A stretch of DNA of 60,490 nt, filler included, from Gonapodya sp. JEL0774 (lineage: Eukaryota): NCBI GenBank assembly GCA_027604505.1. It is 5 parts of 5 records of this genome, joined end to end, with 100 filler letters (N's around TTAATTAATTAA, not from the genome) between each part and the next. Parts side by side here need not be neighbours in the genome. Positions count along the whole stretch, not along the records: positions 1 to 12,078 come from JADIIX010000348.1; positions 12,179 to 24,243 come from JADIIX010000349.1; 3 more parts are not named here. One strand, given 5' to 3'. This document shows positions 1 through 12,997 of this stretch, piece by piece. Positions within the stretch are counted from its first letter, which is position 1, and the number at the start of each line of letters is the position of its first letter. Below the pieces are notes generated by a model, which was given only the letters and a program-made list of their open reading frames with translations, was not told the origin of the DNA and did not search any database. A program made the position numbers and the translations under genes.

Positions 1-1847
1 AACCCCGCTGCAGCTGTCAGGTACGCCCCGCCTGCGTACTCATCCGTGTGGGACATCCAACCACTGAATGTTTCCCCCACGACCGACGCAGTCCCGCCGG
101 GGACGACGACGCGGGCTCCCGAGACCATTCGGGTGAAGAGCATGGAACCGAGAAATGTGAGTGGTGGAGAAGATAGGGAGGAGAGGGGAGTCAAAGCAAG
201 CGCGATGGAGATGTCATTGTGCGGTGTGGACAGAACGCGGGTGGAGTGGGTTGAGGCGAAGGTGGAGAGAGATGTCCGGAGGTAGTCGAATGTACTCTGG
301 AAAAAACACGAGTGAGTAAGGCATGAATGTACAGATACTACTATTTATGTTGGAGCAAAACCCTACACCCACCCACCTTCCGTTCCTCGAGAACTGCCTT
401 CCACCCTTGCTTCCCCATACCAACCAATGTGATAAATACGTCTAGCACCTGAACAACGCCTGCCCTACCCGCATACATTGCACCCACGGCTCTAACGGCG
501 TCCTCATCCGGACCAGCAATGCACGCACCACCGACGGGCACCATGAAGTTCTTGTCCGTGGACTGCACGAACAAATCCAACCGGCCCACATTGCACGCTT
601 CCGAGATCAATCCCGCGCACCTCCGAGATTGGACACCGTAGGCGTTGTTGACTACGTGCGGGATGTTAAACTCGGAGCAGAGCCTGGCAATCCCGGGGAG
701 ATCGTCGGGGGCTCGCGGTGCAAAGCAGGAAGTCGTGGTCAGTACACAAGCGATGGTGGAGGGATCGCGAGAAGTGAGAACGTCACGGAGAGCGGCGAGA
801 GAGGTGGTCAGTTGGTCAGGATGGGAGGGATGGGGAACTACCGGCACAATCAAAGGTTGGAACCCTGGAAAGTGTGTGGGTGTTGTAGAAATAAGAAGCA
901 CCACCATTCCATCACAAACCAGTAGTTCAGGTTACTGCTTTGAGAATCACACTTCTCCTGGTATTCACCTGCAACCCTGATGGCTTTGAAAGCACTTTTT
1001 TGATCTATTCGTGACCACACCACCCATTTTGCACACGCTCTCTTCTCAGCCACGGAGCGGATTGCCATCGCGATGGTCATTCCAGTTGCCATGGGGTAAA
1101 CCAAGGCGGCAGAAGTGGCGCGTTTTGAGTACCCTGCGATACGGAGGGCATCGACGACGAGAGAGTTGGTGACCGTCTGGAGTAGTGAGGAACCAAAGGC
1201 TTTGGGCTGGATCTCGAGGAGGTTGCCGGAGCGGCCTATGCCATGAGCGAAGCTGGAGTGCGGGAGGTTGCAGTGAGTACGAAACTTCACATGCAACAGT
1301 CATGGAGCTCGAAAGTTTCCGCTGACGCGTGAATACTTGAGGAAGAGATGTCCATTCCAGTCATATTACAAGCAACAACCACATGCTCTTCAGTTTCATT
1401 TTGGTTCACCAGTGGCAGCTCTCTCAAGAATTGAGTTCGTGACTAAAAGAATTTCCTCCAATTTCACTCACCCCGTATTTCTTTTCCGCACCAAGTCACT
1501 CCACACGCGCGCTTCTCTTTCTCCTACTCCGACATTACCAACGAAATTGTTCGAATCCGAGGCCGCGAGCTGCGCGAGGAAGAGCTCAATGACGTGGTCT
1601 GGCCAACCTTGGAAAGGCAGTGTCTTATGAACGAGCTATGCCGAGACACAAGCATTAGCTATTAAAGTAAATTGACCGTCATGCGGAAGTAGTACGCGCA
1701 GAGCGGAGTCGTTGGGCATCGTGGAACCAGGGGACCCACCAAGTCCTTGACCAGTTTTTCTACCGATCTCCAGCTTTCCGACGCCTGCTTGGCATAACCG
1801 CTGTTTTTGATGATCTGACCAGCGAGCACGTAATTGTCCTCGTTCAT
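1..1847 (-). CDS. SEPSECS: O-phosphoseryl-tRNA(Sec) selenium transferase (SepSecS), multi-exon, 3' end runs off the window
   Basis: Spliced exons give [10 protein letters not shown]..., [94 protein letters not shown] (PLP lysine), [22 protein letters not shown] and YLTAAA. All are collinear with eukaryotic SepSecS. ATG at 1847, with GT-AG introns between blocks. Confidence 0.96.
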
Positions 1848-1956
1848 CCAAACGGGAAATGCGGAACAAATCCAAAAGAGACACAGCAGTTTCGGGTGAC
1901 CAAAGCAGTGATTGCTTGTGAGAGATTCAAATCAGTACACCATAGAGCCCAGTACA

Positions 1957-2730
1957 ATGCCCCTGACTCTTGCGCAGACTCTGTTCGGCGTTGGTGAGCT
2001 CAAGATACTTGCCTTGTAATTCGCTCTGTTCATTCCTTTTCATCCTCGTGGTTAATCATTCGATCCCGAACGGAACTGTATATTATTATGTAGTCGAACC
2101 AACGCTCACATTTGCTTCTGGCGCTTTCGCGATGATCTTTCCTAGAGTTCACGTTGTGCTACGGTATCCCCTCTTTATTGACCGGACAGACTGGGAAACC
2201 GTGGAGAGAGGAGAGACCGGCCGTGCAATCGCAGTTGCTGACACGTCCCAAGGTGTAATCGTCGACCTCTTGGTCAGGCTTTACGGTGAGTTTTCAGCGC
2301 TTGATTCTGTGCCATCTTCACTGTAACGTCTTGGTGGCGTGGCTAGTAGCTGCCGCAGCAGACAGTATGGTCATTCGAGATACACGAGCAAGTGATGATG
2401 GAATTAACAGTCTCTTTGTCGTGAAATTCAGGCTCTGCCCTCTTACCGCTCGCCGTCTCCGAGTTCCTCCTTTTTCATACCTCAGCCCGCTCGCGCTCCA
2501 AAGTGTACCTTGCGTCGTTCCTGCTGTTCTCGGACATTGCCACTCTCCATGCTTTCTACGTCGCCTACCAGAACGGCCAACGAGCCGCATTTCGTGAGCG
2601 GAGAGGTGTATTGAAAGGACAACGGGATGCTAAGGAAGGTACGAGAAACAAAGCAGTCGCGTTCAACGGGATCGTTGGAATTGGGATGGCGCTCGCGAGA
2701 GGTGCATGGCTCGGCGGGCTGTTTAATTGA
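1957..2730 (+). CDS. Small multi-pass membrane protein of unknown function (fungal type), multi-exon, divergent from SepSecS
   Basis: ATG 1957 (MPLTLAQTLFGV), then exons VEPTLTFASGAFAMIFP, VIVDLLVRLY and KVYLASFLLFSDIATLHAFY...NGIVGIGMALARGAWLGGLFN*. Hydrophobic segments are separated by GT-AG introns; internal boundaries are uncertain. Confidence 0.5.
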
Positions 2731-3806
2731 GAGTCTATATATGTGGACCGAGGAAGACTGGAGCAGATGAGATGCATGATGGCGCGGTTTGTACAAATCC
2801 TAGAGGATCAGAAGGCTGTGAACTTCGTAATTATTGGGCGATTTCATCGAACACATCAATGCCAGAAATTCTGACTGGCTTTCACGTCATTGAAGGTTCT
2901 GAACTGAAATAAGATTGTCTTTGGAGTGGTGGGTTGCACGTATTAGGTTTGTGTTTGACTTTTATCGTGAGATTCCACGGGAGTGCATAATGATGGATTA
3001 CACACTAGCACGGAGATATGCCACAGAGCTCGACTCTTCTTCTTCCTAAGGACACACCTCCGGTGGTTGTGCTGTGTGCAACCGAATACGGGTTGCACCT
3101 GTTCCCTCCACACCAGTACGTCATACATGTGTGACGCCACAAACTGCTCTAATATGCTGATACATAAACGTCAGAGATATCCCCTCTTTTTCCAAATTTC
3201 CGTCCGCAACACAAAACCACCCATAAACGCAAAATTGGTAAACTGATCTTGACGCTTCTCATTGGGGACCATCCATACCGGTAAGCCACCTCGTGGTCTG
3301 TGCAGTTGGAACATATCCATGTCCACCCTCACCCTCCGCCAATTCTCATGAATGGTGGCGACAATTGTTTATGTAAGTCGCTAGCTAATCTTTGACCTAC
3401 TGCAGCGTGACAGGATCGGTTACAATGACAAACGTAGACCAGAAACGGGATCAACTCAAGTGTGAACGAGTTGATTAATTTGACGTTGTCCAACCAAAGA
3501 CAAAGTAGATCAGAGAATCGTGCCGATGCATGGATATCAGGTGGTCAGCGGTGGACAGTGAGGATTGAATAGCGGGTAGTACGACGGAATAAAACTATGG
3601 CCACAACTCTAAGTGGTTCCGAAGTTCCGCGTTTCAGGCGGATGATGTTCCTTCATTTGCGGGAATGAGAGCAGGAGTCTTGCCGATCCTTCGTGTATTT
3701 GGTGTGACTGCTTGGGGGACTGCTCCGTGAGGCCTGTTGTTGTGAAGACAGGCGCAAACACTCACAGTCCCGGACTGAGCTCACACAAGGTTCCCCACCC
3801 ACTCGA

Positions 3807-4345
3807 ATGCCTACCATCGCTGAAGTTACTGAAGATCGCAAAGGTTTCTCGTCTGCCATGCTGTCGTGGGACGGGAAGAAGTTCGCAGAGGTGAGTGTGC
3901 TCCAGCATGCAGAGCGTGGACTGCGGCTCATCTCCCGCCGGTTTCGAACTCGTCCGACCAATCTCCAATCATCCACTCGCAGAGATACTACACCTCAGAT
4001 GCTATTTTCATGGCCCCGTTCCTTTCCCCTTTGATCGGCAACGATGGTCCGTGACTCGGTGTTTCTCTGACAATTCGCCAATATATTATTCACATATATT
4101 CATCCACTCCCGCCTTGCCAGCCGTCTCACTCTTCCCTGCGGGCCTAATCGCCGCGACCAGCATGGCTCGTCTCGAGATCGTTCCGGAGGAGCTCGAGGA
4201 TCTCAGCGCCGACATGTTCTGGGAACGCGGGCGCTACACCATCTTCGTGGCCGACGGGAGCGAGGGGGAGGTTGGGAAATACTTCTGCATCAAGAAAAGG
4301 GATCCCGTGACGGGACACTGGCAGATTCATAGGGACGCTATCAGT
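3807..4345 (+). CDS. NTF2-like/SnoaL fold protein (DUF4440/YybH-like), multi-exon, 3' end uncertain
   Basis: FSSAMLSWDGKKFAE | RYYTSDAIFMAP...LIG | ...WERGRYTIFVADGSEGEVGKYFCIKKRDPVTGHWQIHRD. The YTxDA and ExGxY...GKY...W.I.RD patterns are typical of DUF4440. Confidence 0.7.
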
Positions 4346-4865
4346 GTGGGTATGGTTTTATCCGAATCCCCGTTGGGTAATTTCTGTCTGCAGGCCCTGA
4401 CTGCCCACAATAACTTCATCCCCGTATTGATGGATGCGCCTGATCCGTGTCAACACTCACACAGGCGAACCACCCGCCGAAAGCCAGCGCTACAGCGACA
4501 TCTGGGTAGTCTCACACCTCACTGATGAGACATTCCCTACTAGTTCCCTTCTTTCCAGTAGCAGCTGTATACATAATAGTCGTATCCAAAACAAAAATAA
4601 TCTCTTGATTTGCTTAGAACTTTTCCGTACCTGTCTCTGTTTTCACATGGAGTACGGCAGACATGCCCCCAGTTTGTCAACGGGACACTGAAACCCGTTC
4701 AAAGTTGCTTAGCGACAGGGATTTCTTCTCCAAGTATATGTGTCTTTGATGCACGAGAAACAACGACTTGCGCACACCATTTCAAGGGACATCCCAATTG
4801 GTCTATACATGAAGCTGACGGTCTTATGGGCATTTCAATACAAGAAGCACTCAAAGTCAAAACTA

Positions 4866-6252
4866 TCATCGCTGACCCCACGCCGCGTATCCAACCACGC
4901 CTGCCACCCATCCCCCTGCATACCCCGCCCAATCCAGCCTACCTCCGATCGCAACTGTATCCCAGAACACGTGCCCTAAGACTGGCACTCCGATTGTCCA
5001 CAGCGCCCGCTCGGTGAAGGACGGTGCGATGCCAGAGTCCAAGAGCGTCGCAAAGGTCTCGACGGCGATGACGTGGCCTGACGAGGGTAAGGTGGATGCT
5101 CGGGAGTTGGTGAGGTAGGAGTACGAGAGAGATGCGAGGGCGGTGCAGACGAGAGCCGATGTTATGAGGTAGATGAACGAGGTTTCGCCGAGAGTGGCAT
5201 AGGCGATTCGTCCATACGTATACATCGCCCGCAGGTAATTGATGAGGTGGAGTACGTTCTCGAATGAAAATTGCGAGAAGAATAAGTGAGTCGGCGAGGT
5301 GACAAAGTGTGGATGGAGGCGAAAGGTTCGGACGAGGTGGAGTTCTTGGAGTAAGTAGAGGATGCTTGGAAGTATGAGGAGTAAATCGAGAACGGTGAGG
5401 TGGGAAAGAGTTTTGAGGACGGTGCGGTAGCTAGCAAGGTGAGCATAACAGATATCAGCAACCTTGTGTGCGAATGCGTGTAATTTGCGGAGACAGAGTA
5501 GTCACTTTGTAATGAAGACGTCGAGGAGCGCTCCTGGAACGAACCACCCCATCGAATCCTCTAACGAGCTAGCCCCAGTGAGGTGACGGCTCAGAGGAAC
5601 AAACTTGGGTATTGTTCTCCCGCATCGTGCACCCATCCAAGATGGATAACAGACACAGGAGTCGTGGGCCACACAGAGCCCTGTTACCACATGCCACGAA
5701 CACCATTTTTAAAGACACGATCAGCACACTGTAGACATTGCAACTGGGGCAAAATCACTCACCGTCGCCACAACCGCCCAGACAACTCGGCAAAGACAGC
5801 ATTCTTCTGAGATCGTCCACACTGACGGGCATCCTCCACCTCGCCACTGGATTCGCATACCACCCTCCAAACGCACCCCAAAATGACGCTTCGGGATACC
5901 GGTCGAAGGTTGCTGTGGTCATCAGCCCAAGGTCGCCGAAACGTACGGCTGATCCGTGTTGTGCATATATTATTAGTCAGCTGTAACACACATGAATCGT
6001 CACAAGTGACACGCGAAACCACTCACCTGCTCCGTTGATTAATCGTGGAGTCAAATTCAAATTGCGCGACATGTACGATTCTTTATCTGCCACTTGTGCT
6101 TTTGCGTAAGCGCGGAAGGAAGAAACATCTGGTCGGGTGAGGAACGCTGCAAGGAGTGCAGCAAGAGCGAGCCCCAGAAGCCATGCCGAGTTGAGAGAAG
6201 AGTGATGTGCAGATGGACGTGGTCGGAAGTGTGTGGAGGACGCGGGCGGCAT
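4866..6252 (-). CDS. Membrane protein: N-terminal TM (LTRP) domain, EGF-like domain and rhomboid-like domain (probably inactive)
   Basis: Splicing joins LAAFLTRPDVSSF | AVRFGDLGLMTTATF...FWGAFGGWY...CLGGCGD | GLCVAHDSCVCYPSWMGARC (six-Cys EGF spacing). Then come SQFSFENVLHLINYLRAMYTYGR, LPSSGHVIAV and DWAGYAGGWVAG, matching the rhomboid TM2/TM4/TM6 patterns. Confidence 0.65.
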
Positions 6253-6377
6253 GGGAAACGATACTGAAGTGAACGTGGCAATGAGAGGGGTCGTGAGGAT
6301 GATCGGCTGTGGTCAAAAGAGGACACGCTTAACACAGTTTTGGGTTTACATTTATGTACATTTGCCTTCCTAAAAGC

Positions 6378-7762
6378 TCATTTAGTCCGCGCGTAAGCCT
6401 GAATCCTCGACACTGTGTCCAGATCCTTGGGTACGGCACCCGCATCAACAAGCTTCTTTAGAACTGCGACAGGACGGTTCAGCCGCACAGCGAGCTTGAG
6501 GGCGCTGGACAGAGATGATGAGGAGAACGTTTGAGAGAATGGTGAACGGCAAGCGGGGTGGGTATGCCCGTCCCACCCTGAAATGGTTGTTACGCTCGAC
6601 GGGGGGAGACTCTTCGGCCGCAGCTCCACCGGATCCGGTGGTGGAGTTGGAGTTTGATTGGGTGGTGTCAATCTGCACGGTTCCGGTCCATCGTTGGAGG
6701 TTTCCTGTTCTGGCCATTCTCGAGCTGCAGTTCCTCCCAGAAGACTATCCAGACAAAGATCCCCACCATCCCTCACAGCCAGCAACAAGCACTGGCCAGG
6801 AAGTTCCGCGGGTATGAAGGTTACTCTTGGTGGAGGAAACTCGAGATCCTCTGGGATCTTATGGTCCGTTAAATCGCCTGGAGTGGCCGAGAGACACTCG
6901 TGCGTATACTTCGCTCGAAGAAACTCCGTCAACGACGTCCAATCAGTCGGAGAGGCTGAGAGAAGAATTTTTCGGACAATGGAGCGGTAGGTGAGAAGGA
7001 AAGCTAGGAGGTGTGGCTGGTTGTATTCTACGGGGCATTGCGTGACTGGATCTCTCGGGGACGACACACCATCGACAGGCCAAAACGCTGAACTCACTGC
7101 ACGCTTTCAAGATACTCCTCTCATTCTGGTCGACGAGAGCTGCCCCTCGTGACAAGAGTATTATCACAAGGGGTATGTTCGTGGTCCGAAGCAGCCAACT
7201 AGTGATAAGAGCAACGTTTTGACATCTGCCTGCCCAAAATTTAGCAAGTCAGAGGCAAACTTACTTTGGAATCTGCTCCCCGCGGATCATTACATGCTTC
7301 TCTCCGATGTCCCCGGCTCTAATTTCCGTTACGGAACTTCGTGACCCTTGGTCCACCACCTTCCCTTTGTCACCCTGTCCCCCACCATACAGCTCGTTCG
7401 AATTTTGATCTTCTGTCCATCTCTGCATCTCCCGTTCATTCTCTCGCCTCCATACGTTATCCAGGAGCTCCAATACCTGCTGGTCGAAGAAGGGATACCC
7501 GATCGCCCGACACACCGTCTCAGGGATCTGCTCCAATGATGACCCATATTTCGACAATAAATAGAGGGTGCGGAGGTATGGCGAGGATGAGAAGGACTGT
7601 TTTCGGGGAAAATGGCGAGTTGGAACAAATCACAAATGGCGGAGCGCAAAGAAGAAACCAGACCCTCAGAGACTTGCAGGCGCGGGCGAGCAAAGTATTG
7701 TCGGCAAGAAGGAAGATAGATGTGAGGATTTCAGCAGGAAGGGTCTCGAGCGTCGCAGTCAT
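6378..7762 (-). CDS. Hypothetical protein with F-box-like N-terminus and weak ankyrin-like segments, multi-exon
   Basis: MTATLETLPAEILTSIFLL (F-box-like start). LLSRGAALVDQN and ALKLAVRLNRPVAVLKKLVDAGA are ankyrin-like. Confidence 0.45.
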
Positions 7763-7817
7763 CGGCGTTTCTGTCAGTGATTGATGGGTTCGACTTCGTT
7801 TGTCTTGACTGATCGGA

Positions 7818-8874
7818 ATGACCAGGAGATCCCAACACCAGATGACTTCCATTACAATGAATCCCCGAAATTCTCCCATCCCCCCATTTGCGCCTGGCAA
7901 TTCGTGGCTTCTCTACCAACTGGCCGACTCAGCCCTTCCCACGGGTGGTTTCGTGGCATCCGCGGGGCTCGAAGCCGCTGTCGCCACCGGACTCGTTCGG
8001 GCCACCGATACAGACTCTCTGACACGATTCTTGACATCGTCGATCCATACATACGCGTACTCGACGGTACCGTTCGTGGAGCACGCTTGGAGGGCGGTGG
8101 ATGAGGTGGTAGGGGAAGTGGTGCAGTGTGAGCACAGGAGCGTTCGCAAAGAATCGGGGGAGATTCGAGCCGATGATGCCCCAGAAAGCAGTCCGACCGT
8201 CGCTTCTTCATTCGCATCTCGCATTTTATGTGCCACGGAGACCCTTGTTCGCCTCGATCGTCTGTATGAAGCCTCCACATCCAGCGCGGTCGCTCGACGA
8301 GCATCGTCCACCCAGGGTGGAGCCATGCTCATGTTGTTCAGCAAGAGCTTTGCAGAAGTTTCTTTAGCTCAAGCAGTAGAGAAGAAAGGTCTCATAGAGG
8401 GATCACCTGGCGATCCCGGGGGAAACAAGCATGCTCTCAGGGAGGTTTTCGATGCTTTCAAACTCGCGTTAAGACGGGACGAAAGTCCCGGCCACCTACC
8501 AATATGCTTCGGCATTGTCAGTCGATGCTTGGAACTAGGGCTTGGTGAGTCGACCCCAACTTTTTCATCATAGTACCATGAAGCTCATCCTCTTGTCGTG
8601 GATACTGTCAGCGGACTCCCTTCACCTTCACCTTTTCCTCCACTCGCGCAGTCTTCTCTCCTCTTCCGTACGGCTCAATCTCGTTGGCCCGTATCTCGCC
8701 CAACGCGTACTCGCTTCCCTCCAGGACGTCGTGCGGAATGCGTTGGCAGGCGCGTTAAAGGAAGCCATGGCCAGAGACATTTGGGACGAGGGAGCGGTGG
8801 GAAGCACGTGTCCTGCGATCGATGTGGTGCAAGGGGTACATGAGAGACTATATTCAAGGTTGTTCAACAGCTAG
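7818..8874 (+). CDS. ureF: Urease accessory protein UreF
   Basis: WLLYQLADSALPTGGFVASAGLEAA, RRASSTQG, GHLPICFG, SSSVRLNLVGPY and the C-terminal HERLYSRLFNS*. One intron, 8545-8611. The start may be a downstream ATG (7842 or 7857). Confidence 0.93.
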
Positions 8875-9376
8875 GAGTCATGTTATGGATTGTTGTTGAT
8901 TGACCAGTGTGTATAGATGGTGGTAGCTACATGGTTCTGACTTTGCAGTATGTACATATATATAAGGGTGTGAGGTGCAGAAATAGCTTGGTATCGTTCA
9001 AAATCTTGGAAACCTGCACAGTCCTTCACAACTTGCGAACAGAGGATCCCCGCACCCAGGCAACATCCGCAACCTCAACCTTCTTTAGTGACCCACTCTC
9101 CAGATGAGATCACAAACGATCGTGTCTCAATCCACCCCGTTCAGTCGAATGCTCATTTCACATCGTGCATAAGGGTTCAAGACGCGCTGACTGACTTCTG
9201 CCTTCCACTAAGTAAAGATCCTGAGCCACCTCGTTTTCGCTGCAGGGCGGTGACCATACCACGAGGTAACACTACGTATGATCGAACAAAAGATCGACCG
9301 ATTGGAGTGGGAGGGGGTCTGAACATAGACCAGAAAATTTTATATAGGCGGATATGGATCAGAACTGACGTAATAC

Positions 9377-11900
9377 TCACGTGGGGGTCATTGAAGACCT
9401 ATTCGGAATCTGCGTACTGATTTTCTTGGAGAGTGGGGGGACATTTGTTCGTGGCATCACCTGATCCCTCGCAGACCCTCCAGGTTCTCCTCCAGTTTGA
9501 GTATCCAAACACCCAATGAGTGTAGTGGACGAGGTGATGGCAAGTGTATTCGTTGAGGAAGCAGTGTCAACAGTAGGAGAGGGCGGGGGAGCGGCAGGGA
9601 AGTCGGGGAGTAGTCCTGGTATGGGGAGGACAGGGGGACCTATACTTGATGCTAGTTGTGCTGAGTCCAGCTTCTGACGGCTGCAGGTCCCACGTATCAC
9701 AGGCTCCCTGAAATCTTGTTCGCCCGTCACAGTCTCACTGTCAACACCATCAAGTAATCCAGTCATGGACCACCGCTTTGCAACATCTCGGGTCATTCCT
9801 GCACTCAAAGCGGCCTTGCTTCGCGAACCACCCACCGCGCTGCGTGTCGGTGTGACCGGAGCTGATCTTTGAGAAATCACAAGGGGCCGATAAACGGCGT
9901 TGGGCTCCGGTGCCGGTACGACTTCTACCGTATCGGAGAACCTGACCGAGGAGCGTCGGCGGACTCGGGGTGTCAGAGGAGAATCCGAGGTCGCAGCGGC
10001 ACGTATCACCTCCAATGGTGCGTCGAAAGAAGATGCAAGTGGGGCTGGCGCAGTGGAGAGTGACGTGAAGGAGGCAGCAATATTGGTACGACTTATTTGC
10101 CGAGGATTTCCTCCTGGACATTCAGCAATTGCGGAAGCAGTCGTTGTGGTGCGGACACCCCCAGCTATCTCCACTTCACCGGTACTTCCAAATCGGACCG
10201 ATCCAAGCGCAGACGCCGCTGTTCGACAAGCACCTCCTCCACGAGCTAGATCCCCTCCCTCGCCCACCTCGCCTGCAGCTGCGTGGTCGACTTCTCCTCC
10301 CCTAGGTAGATCCAAGTTGGACAATCCAGAGCTGGACTCAATCGACCAACCACCGTCAATGCGAGACTGCACGACCGCGGAGTATATGGTTGGTCGCTCC
10401 CACTTTGCCATATCCTCGCACCACTTTGCAAGGCGGTTGTAATCTGGTTCATCTTCAAATCTCAGCTCTGATAAGTAATCAAACAACAGCCAGAGCTCTT
10501 TAGGTGTTTCTTCGGGCATACACATGAACATTTCGGGTCGTTCGTGGTGCCAGACTTTGTGCGCGGCACACGCCTGTTTGTCAAGCCCTTTCCAAGGAAC
10601 CCAACCAGCAATCATTTCTACCACACAGTAAAACCAGCTCCAGAGATCGTCGACACGACCTAGATCCCGACCAGCGTGGCAAGCAGGACTGGCATATGCT
10701 GCCGTACCGCGGAATCCCGCCCGAGAGCGGGGAGCCCGATGAGCGAGGGTGGTGAGGTCACGGTAAGGACGGGACAATCCAAAGTCTATAATTTTCAGAG
10801 GGATTATTGAGCGGGAGGGTAGATGATTGATGGAGATTCCAGAGAGTGAGAGGCTTGAACCAAGAGCAGAGTCGGATAGTCGGTTCATGGCAGCTGCATT
10901 CGGTTGGACGCCGTGAATGGGGGAGCGAGTGAGAGGTGAGTGCAACAAAGCATCGTTCTGAGGGCCAATCCAGCCTTTTCCTCCGGCCAGCTCAGTTTCG
11001 TAATATTCCATGGTGACGCAGAAGTTTCCAGGCTTCACGTCCCTGTGAACAACTCCTGCCATAACGTGGCACGACTCTACGGCTCGCAACATGTGTAGAG
11101 ACAGGTGCGCAACGAGTTTCGGTGGAAATGGCATTCGAGAGGTCAGGTCAGGCCGGGCGGGAGGCAGGCCGGGTGGGTTGAGTGCTGGGTGGTTGACGGG
11201 AATGGTAGACGGAGAACCGAGGAGACGCCGCAGTTTTGAAAGAGATGGCCCGAGTTGCTCCATGACGACATACTCGTGTGGCGCCGCGAGGTTTGGTGCC
11301 CCAGAAGGGTGTGGTACCGAAAACTTCCCGGTGGCGTGGAAGCGACACGCGTATGGTGAGCCTGATAAAGAAAAAGGCAGAAAATACATAGCTTAGATTA
11401 ATTAGTGTTAAATTGGAAGGAATCTAGAGACCTTGCATCCGTCGAAGAACCGCCATCTCCATTCCCAACAGTCGTCTCTGCATTCCTTCCTCTTGACGCA
11501 CATGCGCCTCCACCTTGATGGCAACAGGTCTGGGTTGTTCATCGAGTTCTCGTTCTGAAGTATCACCGTCGTCCCCGGCGGCCCTTTTCAAGTCGAGAGC
11601 ACGGTAAATTTCACCAAACGCCCCCCTGCCAAGCGTCTCCGTCTTCATTGGATATGATGTGTAAGTGATTGAATGACAGGTTAATCAAAGATTCATTTAG
11701 AATAGCTCTTCAAGCGAAGCAAATTCCGAAAGGAAAACCAACGATTCTGAATCGCTTCTTGATGAGCGTTCCGGGTGGCAGCGTCGTGTTGATATGCAGC
11801 GGTTGCGGGGCCGTCGAAGTCGCCGCAGCCATTTCGTGTCTTCGCGGTCCAGGTAGTAAGGTCCTGCGCAGAGATTGGTCCTGCAAGGGGAGCGGCGTTC
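9377..11900 (-). CDS. Casein kinase 1 group Ser/Thr kinase, tau-tubulin kinase (TTBK)-like; 5' end approximate
   Basis: GRGAFG, VAIKVE, VMEQLGPSL, HRDVKPGN, IIDFGLSR, AGFRGTAAYAS, DDLWS and PDY, followed by a long low-complexity tail. Confidence 0.88.
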
Positions 11901-12078
11901 AGCTTGGTGGGTCCGAGCCCCTTGATCGTTATCACGTGACTCAATGTGAATGAAGAGAGAAAACTATTGTCCAAGCCCGTTAGAAAGAGCTTCAATAGCT
12001 CGTCATTGTTCGTAATGGAACGCCATGGGTACAGACATATATTCAACCCTCAAACATGTGATTGGACCTGAAAACATG

Positions 12079-12178
12079 NNNNNNNNNNNNNNNNNNNNNN
12101 NNNNNNNNNNNNNNNNNNNNNNTTAATTAATTAANNNNNNNNNNNNNNNNNNNNNNNNNNNNNNNNNNNNNNNNNNNN
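12079..12178. other. Artificial contig linker (N run + TTAATTAATTAA + N run)
   Basis: 100-nt spacer with an all-frame stop cassette; identical at four positions. Confidence 0.98.
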
Positions 12179-12997
12179 ACGCAGGAAAGACACAGCCGTC
12201 CATACTCGATCCATTCAAATAGGACATGATTGATCTCTCACTTTCAACTCTCTTCCGACGAGCAAAAGGCCTTAGGGTCAGCCGCCAGAGTACCACCAGC
12301 GGAATGGCCTCTGGAGAGCTTTCAGTTCGCATCGCCCGCTGGCTTTTGGTCCTGTTCTCGATTGTTGCTGCACTTGTCAAGGTGACTTTTGCTCCTCAAA
12401 CACACTTGATTGGTCGAAGGGGCTGCTGTCCCCGACGCGGGGGCCCTTCAACACACCTCAACCCTGCAAGTAATGTTGAGAATGGATGGAAGCTTCCAGA
12501 ATCGTACACAAGGGTCTATGGCCCTTGCACACCAGTAAACATAGCATTGCAATGCTCAATTATTTGTGCGACCCAGGATTTGCAGGACTGTAGGATAATT
12601 CCTTTTATTGCAGTCCAACAACACTCTCCATGACTCACATATATAGTAATGCCACTACCTCATAATTATGTTCATGGTGTATGTTACGTTACATCGTTTA
12701 CTCTCGCCATTTCAAAAATGATGGAGATCTCCCAGGTGAGCAGGGGACAACAGCAGTTCCATAAAAGATGCTGGTTGATAACTGAAAATCACGTGACGAA
12801 AATCTGCGCTACTAATGTCACTCGAGCCCTCCCTAACAATCCCAACTTATCTTGTTATCCTATTATCCTGTCACCCTTCACCTTGTATTCTCTTGTGCCT
12901 TTTCTACACAAGGCGCCACACAAACACCAAACTGAAACAAAACAAAACCCAAACAAAACGCCCTACAAACGATAAAAACTATGAACTTCGAGCTTCT

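Noticed and set aside
2770..2830. SECIS-like ATGA...AAA...GA downstream of the gene beside SepSecS
   Set aside because: Stem spacing and pairing are poor, and the upstream gene ends in TAA with no convincing in-frame TGA.
1..8874. Se/Ni trace-element gene cluster (SepSecS + UreF)
   Set aside because: Four unrelated genes intervene and no other pathway members are present; chance proximity is sufficient.
12079..12178. TTAATTAATTAA palindrome within N runs (also at 24244, 36350 and 48440)
   Set aside because: Artificial joiner between contigs of decreasing length (12065, 12006, 11990 nt); not biological.
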